Assembly: GCF_009914755.1 (NCBI RefSeq)
Contig: NC_060938.1
Direction: 5' to 3' (one strand)
DNA from: the human T2T-CHM13v2.0 reference genome, Homo sapiens
Length of the DNA: 64,000 nucleotides
Positions within the stretch are counted from its first letter, which is position 1. Every line of letters starts with the position of its first letter. Shown here piece by piece: positions 29,891-43,469 of this stretch. The translations under genes were made by a program, and so were the position numbers. A model generated the notes under the pieces. That model made no database searches. It was not told where the DNA came from and worked only from the letters and a program-made list of their open reading frames with translations.

Positions 29891-30790
29891 CCATCTTGTA
29901 GTTTCATTGATTTCTTTCTGTTGTTTTTCTAATCTCTATTTCAATTCTTTTATTCAGATCTTTACTATTTCCTTCCTTCTACTAATTTTGGGTTTAGTTT
30001 GTTCTTCTTTTTCCAGTTTCTTGAGGGATAACCATTAGGTTATTTATTTGAGATGCTTCTTTCTTTTATGTAGACATTTATTGCTATAGGCTTTCCTGAA
30101 ATAACTGCCTTTGCTGTATCCCATAAGTTTGGATATGTTTAGTTTTCCATTTAATTTCTTATTTGACTCTTTGGGCGATTGGAGAATGTTCTTTAATTTC
30201 CATGTATTTGTGAATGTTTAAAAATTTGTCCTGTTACTGATTTTTAGTTTCATACCATTGTGATCAGAAAAGATATTTGATATGATTTTGATCTTTTTAA
30301 ATTTGTTAAGACAAGTTTTGTGGCCTAACATATGGTCTATTCTGGAGAATGTGCTGTGTGCACTTGTAAAGAATGTGTACACTACTGCTGTTGGAAGAAA
30401 TGTTCTATATATGTCTGTTAGGTCTATTTTGTCTGAAGTGTAGTGTATCTCCAATATTTCCTTACTGATTTTCTTTCTGCATGATCCATCCATTGCTGAA
30501 ATGAAGTATTGAAATTTCTTGTTTTATTGTATTGCCATCTGTTTCTCCCTACAGATCTATTAATATTTACTTTAAGTATTTAAGTGCTCCAATGTCAGGT
30601 GCATATATATATATATATAATCTTTATATTTTCTGATGAATTGACATCATTATCAGTATATATTGACCTACTTTGTCTCTTTTTGTAGATTTTGACTTAA
30701 AAATTGATTTTCTCTAATATACATATAGCTATATCTGCCATCTGCTTTTTTGGGGAGTTCCATTTGCATGGAATATCTTTTTCTATTTCT

Positions 30791-31092
30791 TCTTTTTGTG
30801 AGACAGAGTCCCACTCTGTCACCCAGGCTGGAGTGCAGTGGCATGATCTCAGCTCACTGAAACCTCCACATTCTGGGTTCAAGCAATTCTCCTGCCTCAG
30901 CATCCTGGGTAGCTGAGAATAGAGGTGCGCATCACTATGCCTGGCTAATTTTTTTGTTGTTGTTGTATTTTTAGTAGGGATTGGGTTTCACCACGTTGGC
31001 CAGGCTGGTCTCAAACTCCTGGCCTCAAGCAATCCACTGGCCTCAGCCTCCAAAACTGCTGGGATTACAGGCATGAGCCACTGTGCCCGGCC
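30791..31092 (-). mobile_element. AluJ-like element
   Basis: Reverse Alu with ctcctggcctcaagcaatcc. Confidence 0.92.
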
Positions 31093-31253
31093 TCTTTTTA
31101 TATTTCTTCCCTCTCAATTTCTATATTTCCCTAAAGGTAAATGAGTCTCTTATAGGCAGCACATAGTTAGTCTTGTGTTTTTCCTTTTTTATCTGCTTAG
31201 CCACTCTGTGACTTTTGATTGGAGAATTTAATCCATTTATATTAACAGTAACT

Positions 31254-31600
31254 ATGGTCACATACTGCACAATGACATTTTCATCAACAACAAGCCATAT
31301 ATACAATGGTGATCTCATAAAATTGTAATATATTTATACTGTACCTTTCCTATGTTTAGGTATGTTTAGATACACAAATACTTACTATTGTGTCACAATT
31401 GCCTATAGTGTTTAGTATGTTAACATGCTGCACAGGTTTGTAGCCTATGAGACATAGTTGTACTGTATAGCTTAGGTGTGTGGTAGGCTAAACCATCTAG
31501 GTTTGTGTAAGTACACTCTATGATGTTTGCACAACAACAAAATCACCTAAGGATATATTTCTTTGAATGTATCTCCATTGTTAAGCATTATATGATTGTA
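31254..31600 (+). mobile_element. Tigger3a-like DNA transposon
   Basis: gtcacatactgcacaatgacatttt...ctaggtttgtgtaagtacactctatgatgtttgcacaac...gttaagcattatatgattgta; ~350 bp with degenerate TIRs and TA ends. Confidence 0.85.
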
Positions 31601-34600
31601 TTAAAATTCTGACCGATAAAGAGTTATTATTGCCATTTTGTTGATTGATTTCTGGTTGTTTTGTAGATATTTATTTTTCCCCCTTTCTTGTTGTCTTCCA
31701 TTTTTACTGATGATTTTCTCTAGTGGTGCTTTGAATCATTATATTTTAATATTTTTAGATATCTTTCGTGTATCTGTGGATTTTTGCTTTGTGGTTACCA
31801 TAAAGATCACACAAAACATTTTAGTTATAATGAGCTATTGTAAGCTGATAATAACATAACTTTGAATGCATTAAAAACAACACTTTCACTCCATTCCACT
31901 CCTATATTTTATATTTTGATGTCACAGTTTACATCTTTTTATACTGTGTATTTCTTAACAAATTATTATAGCTATTATTATTTTAAATAGTTTTATCTTT
32001 TCACCTTGATACTCATCATACCATTTAATGTCCAGCCATTGCGAAATATTATTTCAACACACCAAAGCTTAGAGTAACATTCATAAACAATTCTTTGTCC
32101 TTTGGCAAAGAAATACACAAAGTTCATCTTCACCAAATACTTAAATGTCTTATCCTCAGAGCATGCCATTCTTCTAATTACTGGGCATAGACTGGAAAGC
32201 AATAAACTGACAAAATACCTACCATTGAGAGTGAGTTTTTTTGCAAACACAGACAACAAGTTGTGGGCATGCTTTCTTCACTGTCTTTCCTCCTTTCATG
32301 AATAGGATGTAAGAGGATTCTAAGGCTGTAGGTCACAGTGGAACCACAAATGGATTCCACAAGAAGGAATACAGTCTTTCAATTAACATACAGATGAAAC
32401 CTACCTGCCAACAGAAGGTGCCCATCATGGATAGTTTATAAAGGAGAAATAAATTTCTATTGCTTTAGGACCACTAAATTCAGTGTGCATTTGTTTTAGC
32501 AAGCTAGTGATGCATTTTATCCTTCTCCAATGTTGATATTCCAATATAAACTTAGATAAAAATTTGACATCTTTTTTTATTCCTGATGAGAGAGTTCAAA
32601 TTCGTACTTTGTCTTGCTAGTTTGAATACTTCTAATCCTATAGAAGTAAAGCTACATAAAGAAAAACTGTCAAAATTTCTACATTTCAGTTTCTCTTGTA
32701 TATCACCTTCATTCATACTCTCAAGGGAGATGCTTAATATTCTACTCTTCACCATTGACTGAAAAGGGATTCTCTCACTTATCTCCACTCTAACAGAATA
32801 TTGTTAAGAAAAGGGCATTTTTAGACTCAATTTAATGATTTGTGAACAATTAAATGAAAAGTAATGGAAAGATTGAAGCAGCAAATGTTATGTTCTGAGA
32901 AGCAGATCAGCTTACTGAGAAACAATTTTTCTGTATCCTCAGTAGTTATAAATATTGGGCAACTTTCTTAACTTTGGTTCTTATTTTTTTTCCTTTTTAT
33001 AGTGAAGTTTTAAGTATAGATTAGTGATTTTCAACATTATTTCTATGCCTTATTTTGCATGTATATATTATACATATATTAGCTATGTAGATATCTATTA
33101 GAATATGTCTCAACACATTTATATTTCTTATGTATCTGGAGTATACAAATACTCTATGTCTGTTTATGAATATTGGGGATCACATAGGGAAGAAGTTGGT
33201 GAAAGAGAAAGTGATATGTATTTTATAACCCCGCTTTCTCTTTTCCTGAAATGTTTAAACTCCCTCCACGACTAAATTATAATCTTGAAAAAGAGAACAT
33301 GTTAAAATGCATTGTATTTGTAAAATCTTAATCTTGCATGGAGAAAAATTCTGAAGGTAAGTGGAAATGCATCAGATTCTGTCCTTCATCTGTTTGCACT
33401 AGGGATTAAACAATTACAGCAAAATAGGTTAGGGATTCATAAATCTTCCTACAGACTTTTTTTCTTTTTCTATCTTTCATGAGTTACTCCCTTTGTTTTC
33501 TTCTGGCCTACATACTTTTTAAGGCTTTGGTAAGTACTGGATTTCCCTTTTGGTACTTAAAATTTCAGCAACTCGAATTCTCAAAAGCACTGTACCAGTC
33601 AGTCTTGGCTTTATAAATTCTGTCAAGATGGTGCAATGATCAGAACTGTTTGCTAACAATTTCATTAAGAACAGATGACTCAGAAGCACAGATGTAAAAA
33701 CATTTTCTCCAACTTTATATCATGAAAAAATAGGTTATTTGATGGGTTCCAAAACTGGGTTCAGATAACACTCCTTTGAAATGAGTTTGGAATGTCACAA
33801 TGGAATCTGCAGGCTTCTCCCAACAAAAGAGTTTTCTAAGTTATCCCAAAGTAACTCCATCCTTTACTTTTTCTAGGAGAAAGGATTCCCGTCCCTTCTG
33901 TCTCCAAAATTCTTTTCTTAAACAGGTTATAGTAGAGTAATTATATCAGAAAATGCTATCCCATAAAAATCAATTTTGTAAACATTTTTACAAAAGTCCT
34001 CTAAAGGGTAAACAAATAATAAGCCTCCTCCACTTTACAGATGCTAATAATCTAAATTCATATTTAAGTACAGTAAATTGAGGCCCCAAATTGAGGCTTT
34101 TGTACTGATATGCTGACACAATCTTAAACCATTTCAATGAGAATTATCTAATCCTATCTTTAAGTTATCAAAGCAATCAAGGTAATGATAAAAATAATGT
34201 ATATTGCTTAAAATCTAATAATATGTAATAGAAAAATCATAATTATTTTTCTTATAAAAATTCAAAGTAGGTGATGATTTTTTTCTCAACCATTATCTAT
34301 TTATGTAACTATTATATACTTTGAATTACTAACAAATTATTAGTAGATGTTTGTGAACCCGAACATTCACTGGACTCTCATAAATTTAAAAGTCACTTAT
34401 AACAGGGAAGATATATGCAAATAATTTGTTATGCTTTTTATAATATCAATTAAATATAAGAATTTGTTCTAGTGATTCTTATAAGAATAATTCATTATTT
34501 AGTATAATTGTTTTAGGATAGAGTATGAAGAGAAGAAAACACTCCTTTGGAAATACATAACAGAATTATCTTTCTTCCCTGGTCTTTTTACAACCAAGCC

Positions 34601-35340
34601 CTAACATGGTAAAGTCTGGTGTAATGATTAGCATCCCAGAAGAGATTTAAATCTCAACTTTATTTTTATCCTCATTATCTCTGAGTTCTACTACTGTTTG
34701 GGGACATGCTCTGTAATGAGCATGAGCATATTTTACTCAAAGGAGTATACATCCTCTCTTCTTTCTAGAGGATTTGAAATTGTTCTTATCAATTGGGGCT
34801 CAGGGATTCTTCCTTTAAGTACCCCCTCCGCCATGCAAAAAAATGGAAGAATGTACTACATCAATGCTTTAAACTATTTGCAGAGAAGAAAAGGGTAGGA
34901 AACTCATGGTCCTGAGGTTGTTGGGAATCACTCTAACTCACCTGAATGACTTTTCTATTCTTTATTGTTTCCTTTGCCCTTCCCTAACTTCCACTGTCTT
35001 TTCTTCTGTTTCCGTGTTTGTAGCATGAATAAAAAGCACGTATCTTTCTTTTTTCTCAGTCTGGACATTTCTCAATTTAATGTTTTGTATGTTTTGAATG
35101 ATCTAGCTTCCCTGAATGACTGTAACCCCCACAAAGGCAGAGAACACACAAGCCTATGTAGCTTATAGCATGTGGTAGAAACTCAATAGATGTGTTCAAT
35201 GAATTATTGAGGTAGGCAGTTATCAAGTTGTAATTACAAACTATACCTGGGTAAGAGTTTGGTTCCCTCTTATTACACATGTCTGACATTACATCCAAGG
35301 TTTTAGTTCATTTGGATTAGAATGTGTTCCCGTCTTTCAG

Positions 35341-35451
35341 ATGCTATTTTATCAGAAAAATTTCTCAGGGAATTGTTTAGACATTTAGGTAAAATTTCTG
35401 ACATTGACTGTATTGAACAGCCACTTGAGGACAAAAGGTGTGAAATCCAAT
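35341..35451 (+). other. Candidate 111-nt internal exon, open in phase 1
   Basis: Acceptor gtctttcag| and donor |gtaagt; phase-1 frame reads (D)AILSEKFLRELFRHLGKISDIDCIEQPLEDKRCEIQ with no stop. Confidence 0.3.
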
Positions 35452-38318
35452 GTAAGTGCTCATTATTGATGAGGAAATTGAAAAAAAGGTAGAAGTAGGT
35501 ACCAGGAGAAAAGGACATTGCTCCAGCAGAACAAGAAAAGCAACAAGCATCAAAGTAAACATACCTACTGCTCACTTCTTCAATAGACTGCCACAGGTCT
35601 TCCAGAAGATCTGGATACATGATTTGGCTACTCTATGATTCATTCAAATCTAAAGAAGCAATTAAAATAATTCATCAGTTATTTTCCAAGGTCATTTATA
35701 GACCCTAGAAAATCTGTTAAAACTACATATGAGTTTTCTTTATTCCTCTTCCAAAATAGAATACTTTCCATTCCAGCAGTATGACTTTTTTTAGCAAATT
35801 GATTAACTTTTCTGAATCTCAGCTGTAAAATGAGCAAATATGTTTAATAATATGAAGTATCTCAAAAGTTATTATAATGAGTAAGTTAGATAATAATTTA
35901 AAGTACCTGAACATGGCTATACTAGGAACCAGATAAATGTCAGTTATTATTATGATTAATATTAATTTTATCAACATTATGTTTGTTAAAAAATTATATT
36001 ATAACCATAAATTAAAGAGAAATTTCGAGTTTAAAAAGTCTCCCTTTATATGACCTAAATGGTAGGTTAATACAGTATAAATGATTTGTCTAGTAGGGTG
36101 GCTGAGTCATTCAGAATATGAAGAACATAGTTCAGGGTCAAAGTCAAGGGACTTATTGAGAAGAGAGAGAATGCAATTGAAAGTATTAAAGACATTATTT
36201 TCCTATTTTATAACTGAGCCCTGCCTGGCCTTACCATCAGGAAAAGACTCTGGAATAAAACCCACTAACTATCATGCTAGTAAAATGTACAATGGAGGTA
36301 GTTCATTCAAGGCAAAGAAAATGAAGACAAATTTATTTAAGCCTTTAGAATTTAATATTTTTATCAAAACTTTTCAAAAGCTTGAGGTATGACGTCTGTG
36401 TTGGCTGTCATTCCAGTTTCTTGCTAAGTAGGCCTATACGAACAGTAGATACTGTGAAAATCACAATATTTTGAAAAGAAAATGGAATGAGTGAATCAGA
36501 AAACATATTTGGGAGGCAGAGTATGGGGAATACAGCACAATTATGATGAAATGTATTTTTAATTTCAAAATAGTTGCTAAGGGTGAAAAAGCTCTCAGAG
36601 ATGTGGGAAGCTACTTTGAAAAGCATGAGTTTAAGAAGAAATTTGTGTGAATATCAGGGCAAAAAAAATCTTTAATACCATGTCAAATAGTGAGAAGAAT
36701 TGACTGGGTAATATACAACAGATTAAGGAGATACAAGAAATGAAATATTCATTGACATATACTAGACAATGATCATGAAATTATCCCATCTCGAATTTGG
36801 AGTAGTTATATTCCAGAATAATTGCTAATCCATAAGACTGCTGTTGGGATTTATGATCTGTCAGTCAGAGTATTGACATAACTTTCTTCAGAAAACTTAA
36901 TGTAAACTTGAGGGGGAAAAGGGTATTGAATTTTCTGACAAATAAGTGATGATTTACATTGTTTTAAGGCTCTCTAGTTCATTATAAAATGATTGTGCTC
37001 AGGGAGTAAAAGAAGGCAAACATGAAGGAATTCAGGCATTAACTACAGTAAAACAAATACAATGTTCTTGGTATCTATGCTGTCTTTAAAAATGAGTTTC
37101 TCCTTTTCTATCTACTCCTGTAAAGGCAGATCTTCTACATATTTGAAAACCCATTGTCATGGCGTAATTCTTCCATTATTTAACCTTCAAAAATGTGTGT
37201 ACTGTCATTTCTAAAACCAGTATTAAAATGCCTAACCCAGAGGGGTACAATGGGAATTAAATGCTATAATTTGTTTCAAGATCTTAAATAGCACGTTCTT
37301 CCAGCACTTAGTTTCTAATCTTTTCATCATGAACTTATATAATTATATACAATTTTATTCTCCTATTATTTTATATATGCAAGTTGCTTGTTAAATCTTA
37401 TCTTGTTGAGGTTCTGATTTTTGTCTTTTATTTATCTATTATGACATAGAAGGCTTGTTAGCTTGTTATCCCATTTATTTTGTGAGGGAATTCTGGTACT
37501 CTTTTGTTTATACTGTTTATTCAGCAGATTATTCAAAACTATCGAGTGCTGTTAGAGAAAAAAGTATACAGATCTCGAAAATTAGGCTAAAAGATCAATT
37601 GGGTATTTTTTCAGGTTCTAAGGAGACAAACCCAGTTAAGGATAACCTAAGGGGATATGCTTTGCTCTCATTATTCTTTACAGTTGCCTAAAAGTACATT
37701 TAGAAAAATTATATTTTAACACATAGATTTTTGTCTATAATGATGCTAGTACTTTCTGTACAGTAGAAAATATAACTACAAAGGTTTCATTTTATTGCCC
37801 CAGAGGAGATTAACCAGTTTTCGGTTTTTCTTTTTAATCTCGCCTGGTAATTTTGTTACAAAATTTATTTGTAAATTCCCTATAAATATCTAGATCTTCA
37901 AATACTTTTTGAACCAGGATAAACATTTTATTGCTTCACTTATTAATTAGTGAAATGAATAAAATATTTAATATAGATTTTGCTTATTTTTATGAAAGTC
38001 ATTAGTATTTGACTCTTTGTAAGTTGTACTTTTCCAGTGTTGTGGGCCCAAGGTTGGGGTAGGTATAGGTTTTTTGTGAGCTGATATCACCATATATGAA
38101 TAAATGTAGAATATTATTCTACTAGGATTAAAACCATCAAGGGGTTCAGCATTTCTACAAGCATTTTCTTTTAATACCATTTACAATAATAGCAAAGAAG
38201 GGTTAACTAAACTGTACTCTATTTCTTCTGTCCCAGGTTCTCTGTCTGATCTTTTCATGCTATTTAAAAGTCGTCTACACATAGATTCAATATTAAGTCA
38301 TTTTTTTGTGAATTTCAG

Positions 38319-38421
38319 GAAGATTGATATAATCTTGTAATAACACATTTACATTGATAAAACATAGCAGAGTTTATTTTCCTCACAAAACGTATTGCCA
38401 CTTTAATTTACTTTCCACAAG
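38319..38421 (+). ncRNA. Candidate non-coding exon (lncRNA or UTR)
   Basis: Acceptor tttttttgtgaatttcag| and consensus donor aag|gtaagt; stops in all three frames. Confidence 0.35.
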
Positions 38422-38700
38422 GTAAGTTTATTTTTATCCTTAGGAAAAAACCATATTTTTAACTCAGAGAATTCTAGTACTCAACCAGAAACAATTATTC
38501 CTGATTAACTACCTTCCCATACTTTGACTTCCATAACTAAGTGTATTACTTACATTCACATTCAAAGATTATTGAGTTTTCTCCATTTGTAAAAATTATG
38601 TTTTTTTAAAAAAGGTTAACCACTTTTATAATACTATTGAGACATTTAACCCCTTGAGCTATTAAATTCCATTGTACAGTGAATAAAATATTTTGGATAG

Positions 38701-39337
38701 ACAAATGGCTAAACCGGTTAATTTCCGAATGTCCCTTTCAGAGTTGGTAATGTCATCCGTTAAGTCAGCCACTGCAATATAACACAAGTGCTCATCTTAA
38801 CTCTATTTTCTGAATTGTTTATTGATAAAACAATTATTTGAGACCATTTTTAATATACCTTCTTCTAATCCCTCCATATTAAATAAAAGCATCAAATATA
38901 CATTATTATATTTAACATAGATCTAAAATACAGACCCAGTAAAACTGTTCTTAGTTTCCTAGTAAATGGAGACCTCTAAGGGACTTATTTTCTATGGCTA
39001 TAATTTCACAGATGTGATGGATTGCCTTTGTTCATAATAAACATAATTTAATAGTGCTAATTATATGTTTGCAGTTGTAACAGAGAGATATTTAAATTGG
39101 GATGAGAGAGAAAAGGGGAAGAGTTGAGTGAAGTGTAAACCTAGTGGCAGATAGTCGTGATATGTTGTTTGATAATTTCTTGGGAGGACATTGGGGCCTC
39201 TTGAACCTGTTCCAGTATGTTTTAACCAAATAGAGTTAATATGAGCAATTGTGCGGTACTGCGGCGGCTGACTCAAAGTATGACATTACCAAATCTGAAA
39301 GGGGTTAATCGTGAAATTAAACGGCTTAGTTATTTGT
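38701..39337. repeat. Long imperfect inverted repeat, arms 38701-38808 and 39228-39337
   Basis: Manual alignment gives ~80% identity over ~110 bp, e.g. ccctttcagagttggtaatgtcat pairs with atgacattaccaaatctgaaaggg. Confidence 0.9.
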
Positions 39338-39548
39338 GTCTGTGTGCATTTTTGGAGAGAAAAAATAAACAGGTATGTGATGAACAGCTATGTGATAAGT
39401 AGTGATTATAATTATTTAGTAATTATAAATCTACTAGGACCAATGCAACATGCACATTAGAAAAGTGATTTGATATAATAGAAGAGTAGGTAATAACACC
39501 TCAATATCCATTCCCCCATTCAACAAAAGAGTTACATACATATGTCAA

Positions 39549-40960
39549 CACTCATTCATTCATTAAGTAAACACGTACTAAGTGAATATAATGTAGTAGG
39601 CATTGCTTACTGATAAGAAACTGAGTTGCTTATTAAGCTGACACATTAGTAGAAAGGATAGATAATCACACATGAAACTATAGTGAAATATAAAGATTGT
39701 CATAATAAGAGCAAATCATGGGAACATGAAGCTGTACTGGGGGATCTTAACACAATAATGAAGTCCAGGGAAGACCAGACCTCCATGGTGAGAAGAGTTA
39801 CCCTGGTAGTTGAAGCACATAAAGGATGAATTCAGGAAAAGAGAAGGAAATATATTCTAGAAAGAAAGAAAACAGAAAGTGAAATTGTGCAGAAACGTTT
39901 TTACTCACTATTACAGTGAACATTTGGAATAGACAATAGAGATAGAGGTAGAAAACAGCAAGTGAAATTGTTCAGAAATTGTTTTTTTTTTCTCATTAGT
40001 ACAGTGGACATTTGAAACACAGGCTAGAGAGAAAATCAAGACTAGATTGTTAGGAAATCTTGAAGGTCATATTCATGTATTAGGATTTTATCTACTATCA
40101 TTGGAAGGTGTTAATCATGCAGTAATATGTTCATATTCATGTCAGAAAGGCCTTTCTCCTAAAATTACGGAGAATGAACTCAGTGGAAGCAAGAATAAAG
40201 GTGAAAATTAGAAAATTAGGAGGTTATCGCAGCAGTACATAAAAGAAACAGTAAGGGTAAAAGTGAAATTAATAGAGTGGGAGGGGGGATTTGAGATATA
40301 ATTGCATGCCAAAATGACAAGACTTAGTTGTTCACTGAATGTGGATGATAAAGGAGAAGAAGGAGATAAGGATTATATTCAGATTTTTTAGTTTGATAAC
40401 TGAAAGGAAGGTTGTATTATTGAAAATGCAAGCAGGTTCAGTGGGACTAATGAAAAGTAAGTTCAGTACTATAGGTATTGAACTTGAGCTATTACAAGAT
40501 ATCCACTTGATATGAGCAGGAAAAAAATAAATAAAATAAATATTTTATTTCTTTTAAGAAAAATTCTGGGCAAGAGAGTGATTTTGGAGACAACCTGTAA
40601 TTTAAACTATGGAAGTGAATTAAATTGACCAGATGGAGTATACAGGCCTGAAGAATATTCTGATTTAATTACAAGTAAGAAAATAATGAGATAATGTAAA
40701 ATGAGAAGGAGAACATAAGTAGTGTGGTTTCATGAAAGTGAAAGAGGATTCAAGGGAAGTTTTCTAGAGTGTCAAATGTTGCCTAAGGGAAACATTGTAG
40801 TGATGAGAACTGTCCATGGTAATGGTGTATGGTTGAAATGATAAGAGGAATTTAGCGTATGGTAATGTAAAAATAAAAGTCATAGTGAATTTAGTAATGA
40901 ATAGGAAGTTGAGAAAGCAAAAACAGTAAGTATAAACAACATACCTTAAAACAATTTGGC
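39549..40960 (-). mobile_element. L2 LINE fragment
   Basis: cattcattcatt tail motif followed by a purine-rich reverse L2 body. Confidence 0.7.
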
Positions 40961-42108
40961 TGTAAAAAATAAGAAGTGGCACTATGGTGTCCAGAAGACA
41001 CAAAGAAACTGAGTTTTAAAAACTGCTTAAAATTCATGCAAATGGGTGGCATAACCAGGTCTGTTTAATAACCAAGTCCTTCCATGAATTCACTTAGTCC
41101 ATGCTATCACCCTTGTGATAGTTAATAATATAATTACCCTCAGATTAGAAATCTAGCTATTCAGAGGGAACCCCACACAGGATGATATTTTTGTCTTTGA
41201 TTAACTAAAAATATCTTGAGAATTTGGCACATAGTAGGTATTTATAAATGTTTCTTGAATTAATTAAATAAATTGGCCAAGATCTTGCATCCAACAAGCA
41301 ACGAGACCAGATTGCTTCCTCACATCCTTTTGCTTTGCTATGACTATCTACCAGTCCCACAATGGAAATTCTTGAAAAATGTTAATTTTTAAAAAATATG
41401 AATAATGATAAAAAGAAGAGGAATATAAATTGAGAAAATTATACTATCTAGGCAAGTCAGAGAAAATGACACATCTCATATATGCAGGGCAGGGAACCCT
41501 AAGCATTTGTATGGGGGAACATTGATGTCTTGATGTCTTTATTAATCTAGCAATTACTCATCTTGCTGGAAACAAGGCTCCCAGATGAATTATCTGAAAG
41601 CAAGTGGAACTTGCATAATCAAGAATTTTTGACTTTAAATTGAAGAAATTGTGATCTGGAAATAAGTCAGAAAAAATAAAAACATAAAGTTTTACTGGCA
41701 CTCTCTTTCCTTAATAGTCCTAGAGACTCAAGTTTGTCTTATCTCTTTGACAAGTCATAATTGTAATAAATGAGAAAATGTAACAGTCAACTGTCACAGC
41801 TAAATTTTCCTTAGTCAACTTTTATGTGTCAAAGATTATTCTCTGAAATCTGTCAGGGTCTGGCAAATATTGTATCTTCTCTCTAAATGTCCGTGTGTGT
41901 GAGTGTGTGTGTGTGTTTTTTAGTTGTCAAATGTGAACAGTGTTCTAACATTACGTAATGCGTAAATGTTCATGCTTAAGGCTATGTCTGAAATACAGTG
42001 TTCTATCCTTTTGATAACATACCCATACACGTTGTAGGTATTCTCAAATGCCTCCCTCACCAAATTATCTAAAACTGTATTTCTTGGCAATCTCTGTCTC
42101 CCCAAATG

Positions 42109-42667
42109 CTGAGGAGATCCCTATACTTAACTACATTAATTGTGTTTCAAGGTACCAAAAAGCAGTTAAGCCCATTGTTTGCACAGTATTTGGATGATCT
42201 CATTAGTAAGAGGGGAGGGTTAGAATGGAGGGAACAGAACTTTCATTTTGTTCTTTAAGTAATTTTTGGTTTGACTTTATGTATTATATATTTACTTGTT
42301 TGTTTATCGTTAGTGTTCCAATTAGACTGCAAATCCTTGAGAAGTAGGCACGTTTCCTCTTTCTTATGCACTTCTAGGTGTTTCACTAATCTTTTCAAGC
42401 CAATTTTTGTCATTATTATGTTAATTGTGATCCAAGGTGAGAATCAGGAACACCAGGATTGAAAAGTAAATTTAGGATCTAGTCAAAATTTACTTCTACT
42501 TAAATGAGAATTTAGTATCCATACCTTCAGCTAAAATGTACTAATCCCTCCATTCCAGCCCTCCCCTGTTACTAATGAGATCATCCAAATGCTCTGCAAA
42601 CAGTGGACTTACTGCTTTTTGGCACTTGAAACACACTCAGTGTAGTTATATATAGGGTTCTACTCAG
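42109..42667. repeat. Long imperfect inverted repeat, arms 42109-42243 and 42535-42667
   Basis: ~85% identity over ~125 bp, e.g. atttggatgatctcattagtaa pairs with ttactaatgagatcatccaaat. Confidence 0.92.
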
Positions 42668-42999
42668 TCATATTAATGTCCCTTGTGCTTATTCGGAGAC
42701 AACTGAGGATCAAGCCCAGGTATTATACATCACTGGCTGGGAGTACATAGTATAGTGTTGGGCATGTTATGTGTAGTTAAGAAATATTGCTTGAACTAAT
42801 GAGCTCTGGCTGGTTTGTGATTATCAAACTATGAAGATATAGTAAATAATAATGACCCATCACCTACTGAGGACCCATTATGTTTGAGGCACACAAGTGT
42901 TTAAAATGGATTTTATGATTTTCTGCTCATAATAACCATACAAGAGTGAAAATATTGTCATCATTTGTAAACTAGAAATGTTATTTTGAGAAGTTAAGT

Positions 43000-43445
43000 A
43001 CCCACTGTGTAAAATAATTTGGTAGCATCAGGTCAAATTAAACATATACCTATCTCTTAGACTATAAATTCCATTCTTAAGTAAATACCAAACAATCATG
43101 TGCAACCCAAGATATATATATATATATATATATATATATGACTATTCACATCACCATTGTTATCAAGAACCCTCAAATGGAAACAATTCAAATATACATT
43201 ATTGGTAGAATAGAAAAAAGCTCCTGATCTATTCAGGCAATGGAATAGTAAATATAACAATGAGAATAAATACATTGCAACTACACACAACAACATGGAT
43301 GACTCACAAAAGTTGATGTTGAGCAGCAGAAACCAGAAGCAAATGCACATTTGGTGAGTCCATTCAAATAAAGTACAAGACAGGCAAAATTAATCTAGAT
43401 AGTTACAAGTTAACACAATGGCTACTCATGAAAGGTATAGTGACT
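43000..43445 (+). mobile_element. Old L1M 3' fragment with (TA)n at 43112-43139
   Basis: aacaacatggatgactcacaaa...aaacc...gagtccattcaaataaagt L1ME/MC 3' motifs. Confidence 0.65.
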
Positions 43446-43469
43446 CCCCATAGTCACTAACTACATAAG

